Assembly: GCF_040605515.1 (NCBI RefSeq)
Contig: NZ_JBEXCY010000046.1
Location: 7,621 to 31,620, forward strand
DNA from: Dactylosporangium sp. NPDC005572
GTDB taxonomy: Bacteria; Actinomycetota; Actinomycetes; Mycobacteriales; Micromonosporaceae
Direction: 5' to 3'
Length of the DNA stretch: 24,000 nt
The notes below the pieces were generated by a model. The model saw only the letters and a program-made list of their open reading frames with translations, made no database searches and was not told the DNA's origin. This document shows, one piece after another, positions 22,901 through 24,000 of this stretch (its first letter is position 1; every line of letters begins with the position of its first letter). The translations under genes and the position numbers were made by a program.

Positions 22901-24000
22901 CGCCGAGGACCTCGCCGATCCGCTCCAGGATGCCGACCCGGACGGTGGCGTCGGCGATCTCCAGCGACCCGACCACCTCCGTGACGATCTGCAGCCCCTC
23001 GGCCTGCGCGGTCAGCCGCTCGCCGACCGGCGCGGCCTCGGCCACGGTACGGACCGCCTCGGCGTCGGCGACCAGGCGCTCCACGTCGGAGTGGTAGCCG
23101 GCGAAGGCGTCGTCGCGCTGCAGGAACGTCACCGCCCGCTTGGCGGCCGCGACGAGCTCCTCGTCGAGCCGCTGCTGCAGGGCCGCGATCCGGTCGGTGT
23201 CGGCGTAGCGCAGCTCGCGCAGCGGGACGAGGGAGCCCTGCGCGTGGCGGAGGCCGGCGAGGCGGCGCACCCAGGCGTCGGTGTCCACCGGCGCCTCGCC
23301 CTGGGAGCGGCGGATGAGCGACTCGACCCGCTCGGCCGCCTCGCCGACGGCGGTGGCCGCGTGCTCGGTGAGCGCCTGCACCCGTTCGAACTCGGCCAGC
23401 ACCTGCTCGGCGGTGTTGCGCAGCTCGGCGAGCGGGCTGCGCAGGTCGCCGAGCTCCGGCTCGCCGAGCCAGTGGTAGTGGTCGAACGTGCGGACGCACG
23501 CGGCGATGATCGCCTCGAAGACCGCAGTCGACGGGCCCATCTCGGCGACCATGCGGGCCACCGACAGGCAGTCGGAGATGCCGCGGACCAGATCGGCGTT
23601 GCCGACCCGGTCCAGCGGCCCGGTCCCGAGCGGCTGGGCCGCGGCGTACGTGTCCGACAGGTACGGCGTCTGCCACACCTGCATGGTGTGGACCCGGGTC
23701 GGCTCCTCGGACATGGCCCGGAAGACCACCAGCGTCCCGTCGTCGAACAGGGAGTAGCCGTGGCAGACGAGCGGGCTCGCGACCTCCTTGCGGATGACGT
23801 TGTAGGGCAGCAGCAGCGATCGCCCGTCGGCGCGGGCGTGGAAGACGTAGAGGACGTCCTCGCCGTTGCCCGACCGGATGACCCGCTCGAACTCGAGGTC
23901 GGCCACGTCGGTGTCGAACGTCCGCGCGACGCCCGTGGCCAGGTAGTAACCGCCCGGGAAGATCAGGCCCTGGTCCTCCGGCAGGCGCTGGCAGCCCTGG
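19974..24000 (-). CDS. Very large AAA+ ATPase (MoxR/dynein-type AAA_5-like C-terminal module), N-terminus outside the window
   Basis: The frame stays open upstream of the track start (GTG 23906) to the window edge (...QGLIFPGGYYLATGVARTFDTDVADLEFERV...), so more than 1341 aa are visible. The N-terminus looks beta-rich and is followed by a helical region of about 800 aa. The C-terminal ATPase has Walker A LLLISPPGYGKTTL, Walker B VLLYLDDIQH and CMAGNPYTESGQRFRIPDMLANRADVWNL. The antisense 875-aa ORF is noise. Confidence 0.85.
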   Translation of the reverse strand, partial: QGCQRLPEDQGLIFPGGYYLATGVARTFDTDVADLEFERVIRSGNGEDVLYVFHARADGRSLLLPYNVIRKEVASPLVCHGYSLFDDGTLVVFRAMSEEPTRVHTMQVWQTPYLSDTYAAAQPLGTGPLDRVGNADLVRGISDCLSVARMVAEMGPSTAVFEAIIAACVRTFDHYHWLGEPELGDLRSPLAELRNTAEQVLAEFERVQALTEHAATAVGEAAERVESLIRRSQGEAPVDTDAWVRRLAGLRHAQGSLVPLRELRYADTDRIAALQQRLDEELVAAAKRAVTFLQRDDAFAGYHSDVERLVADAEAVRTVAEAAPVGERLTAQAEGLQIVTEVVGSLEIADATVRVGILERIGEVLGGVNRARAVLDARRRELLAVEGRAEFAAEFALLGQAVVGALAVADTPERCDEQLGRLMLQLENLESRFGEFDDFLAQLGDKRTDVYEAFSARKQALLDERSRRADRLVESAERILGSIERRVATMTSPDDVNTYFAADPMVAKLRGVAGELRALGDQVRADELDGRVRTARLEAGRMLRDRLDLFAGSADVIRLGRHQFAVNTQAIDLTLVPHGDELAFTVTATDYRAPVDDPVIAAARPFWGQLLVSEAPDVYRSEHLACMVLDAAATGQSISDGPARTLDALHQAALTDGGLRDLVRRVADSRYAEGYERGVHDHDATLILDALLRLHAGAGLLRYPAADRAAAQLFWTFGADDEAKAAWTRRARSLARARTAFGHSDAVGQLCAELQAAVTAFQPAAGPTAGSGIAGEYLFEELSSAPFGFVTSAGVRTFLDRFWRASSTRELNEDLRALDGDLAARRQLAHAWLSSFAGTVDGPADGFHDGDLEEAAAIVLCGAGLPRHDSSAALTATVEGLLGTHPRITGRRMELRLDEVLARTRRFRLERVPAFREYQRHRTELATRERQRLRLDEYKPKVMSAFVRNRLLDEVYLPLIGDNLARQLGAVGDAMGLLLLISPPGYGKTTLMEYVANRLGLVFVKVNGPALGHLVTSVDPAEAPNATARQEVEKINFALEMGNNVLLYLDDIQHTSPELLQKFISLCDAQRRMEGVWNGRTRTYDLRGKRFAVCMAGNPYTESGQRFRIPDMLANRADVWNLGDVLAGKDELFALSYIENALTSNPVLAPLSTRDRGDVELLVRLARGDDTVRPDQLAHPYSAVEVDQMLAVLRKLQRVQEVVLANNRAYIASAAQSDASRTEPPFLLQGSYRNMNKLAARVVPVMNDAELEAAIDDHYAGEAQTLTAGAEANLLKLASLRGRMTPSQETRWAEVKAAYRRARALGGSEDDPMSRAVGAVGLLADRVEAAIDRAAQTAHSG

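Overview
High-GC (about 70% by eye, strongly GC3-skewed) actinobacterial chromosomal segment, Streptomyces/Micromonosporaceae-like; the exact taxon cannot be determined from the sequence alone.

- **Left edge:** tail of a hypothetical gene, a bidirectional terminator, and a monocistronic msiK-type sugar-ABC ATPase with a structured leader.
- **Accessory stretch (about 1.9-8.3 kb):** a tRNA-like element at 1821-1894 precedes a patchy, partly decayed region. It holds XRE-type HTH remnants, a tightly coupled two-gene cassette of unknown function (102 aa + 388 aa), and a Phd/YefM-like antitoxin plus HicA-like toxin pair with an ATGA overlap and a palindromic operator.
- **Most interesting gene:** also in that stretch, an approximately 790-aa fusion of an archaeo-eukaryotic primase (AEP/PrimPol) domain, with DxD, sGxGxH and hD motifs intact, to an SF2 DExH helicase. 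It lies head-to-head with a truncated, diverged fragment of a second AEP gene.
- **8.3-19.1 kb:** an SLT-type lytic transglycosylase lipoprotein; a membrane-anchored CBM6/35-like protein whose 5' end is ambiguous around a C7 homopolymer; a YjjI-family glycyl-radical enzyme with its YjjW-type radical-SAM activase; two convergent paralogous secreted proteins (696 and 814 aa), each with choice-of-anchor-D-like Ig domains and three copies of an unnamed approximately 120-aa repeat; a perfect 17-bp x3 tandem repeat plus an 11-bp palindrome upstream of the 814-aa gene; and a Tat-exported PAP2/vanadium-haloperoxidase-like enzyme.
- **Right edge:** a DUF6221-like protein and the 3' 4 kb of a very large (>1340 aa, truncated by the window) AAA+ ATPase gene.

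No rRNA, CRISPR array, integrase or transposase was recognised. Many long ORFs in the supplied track are antisense artefacts of high GC content.
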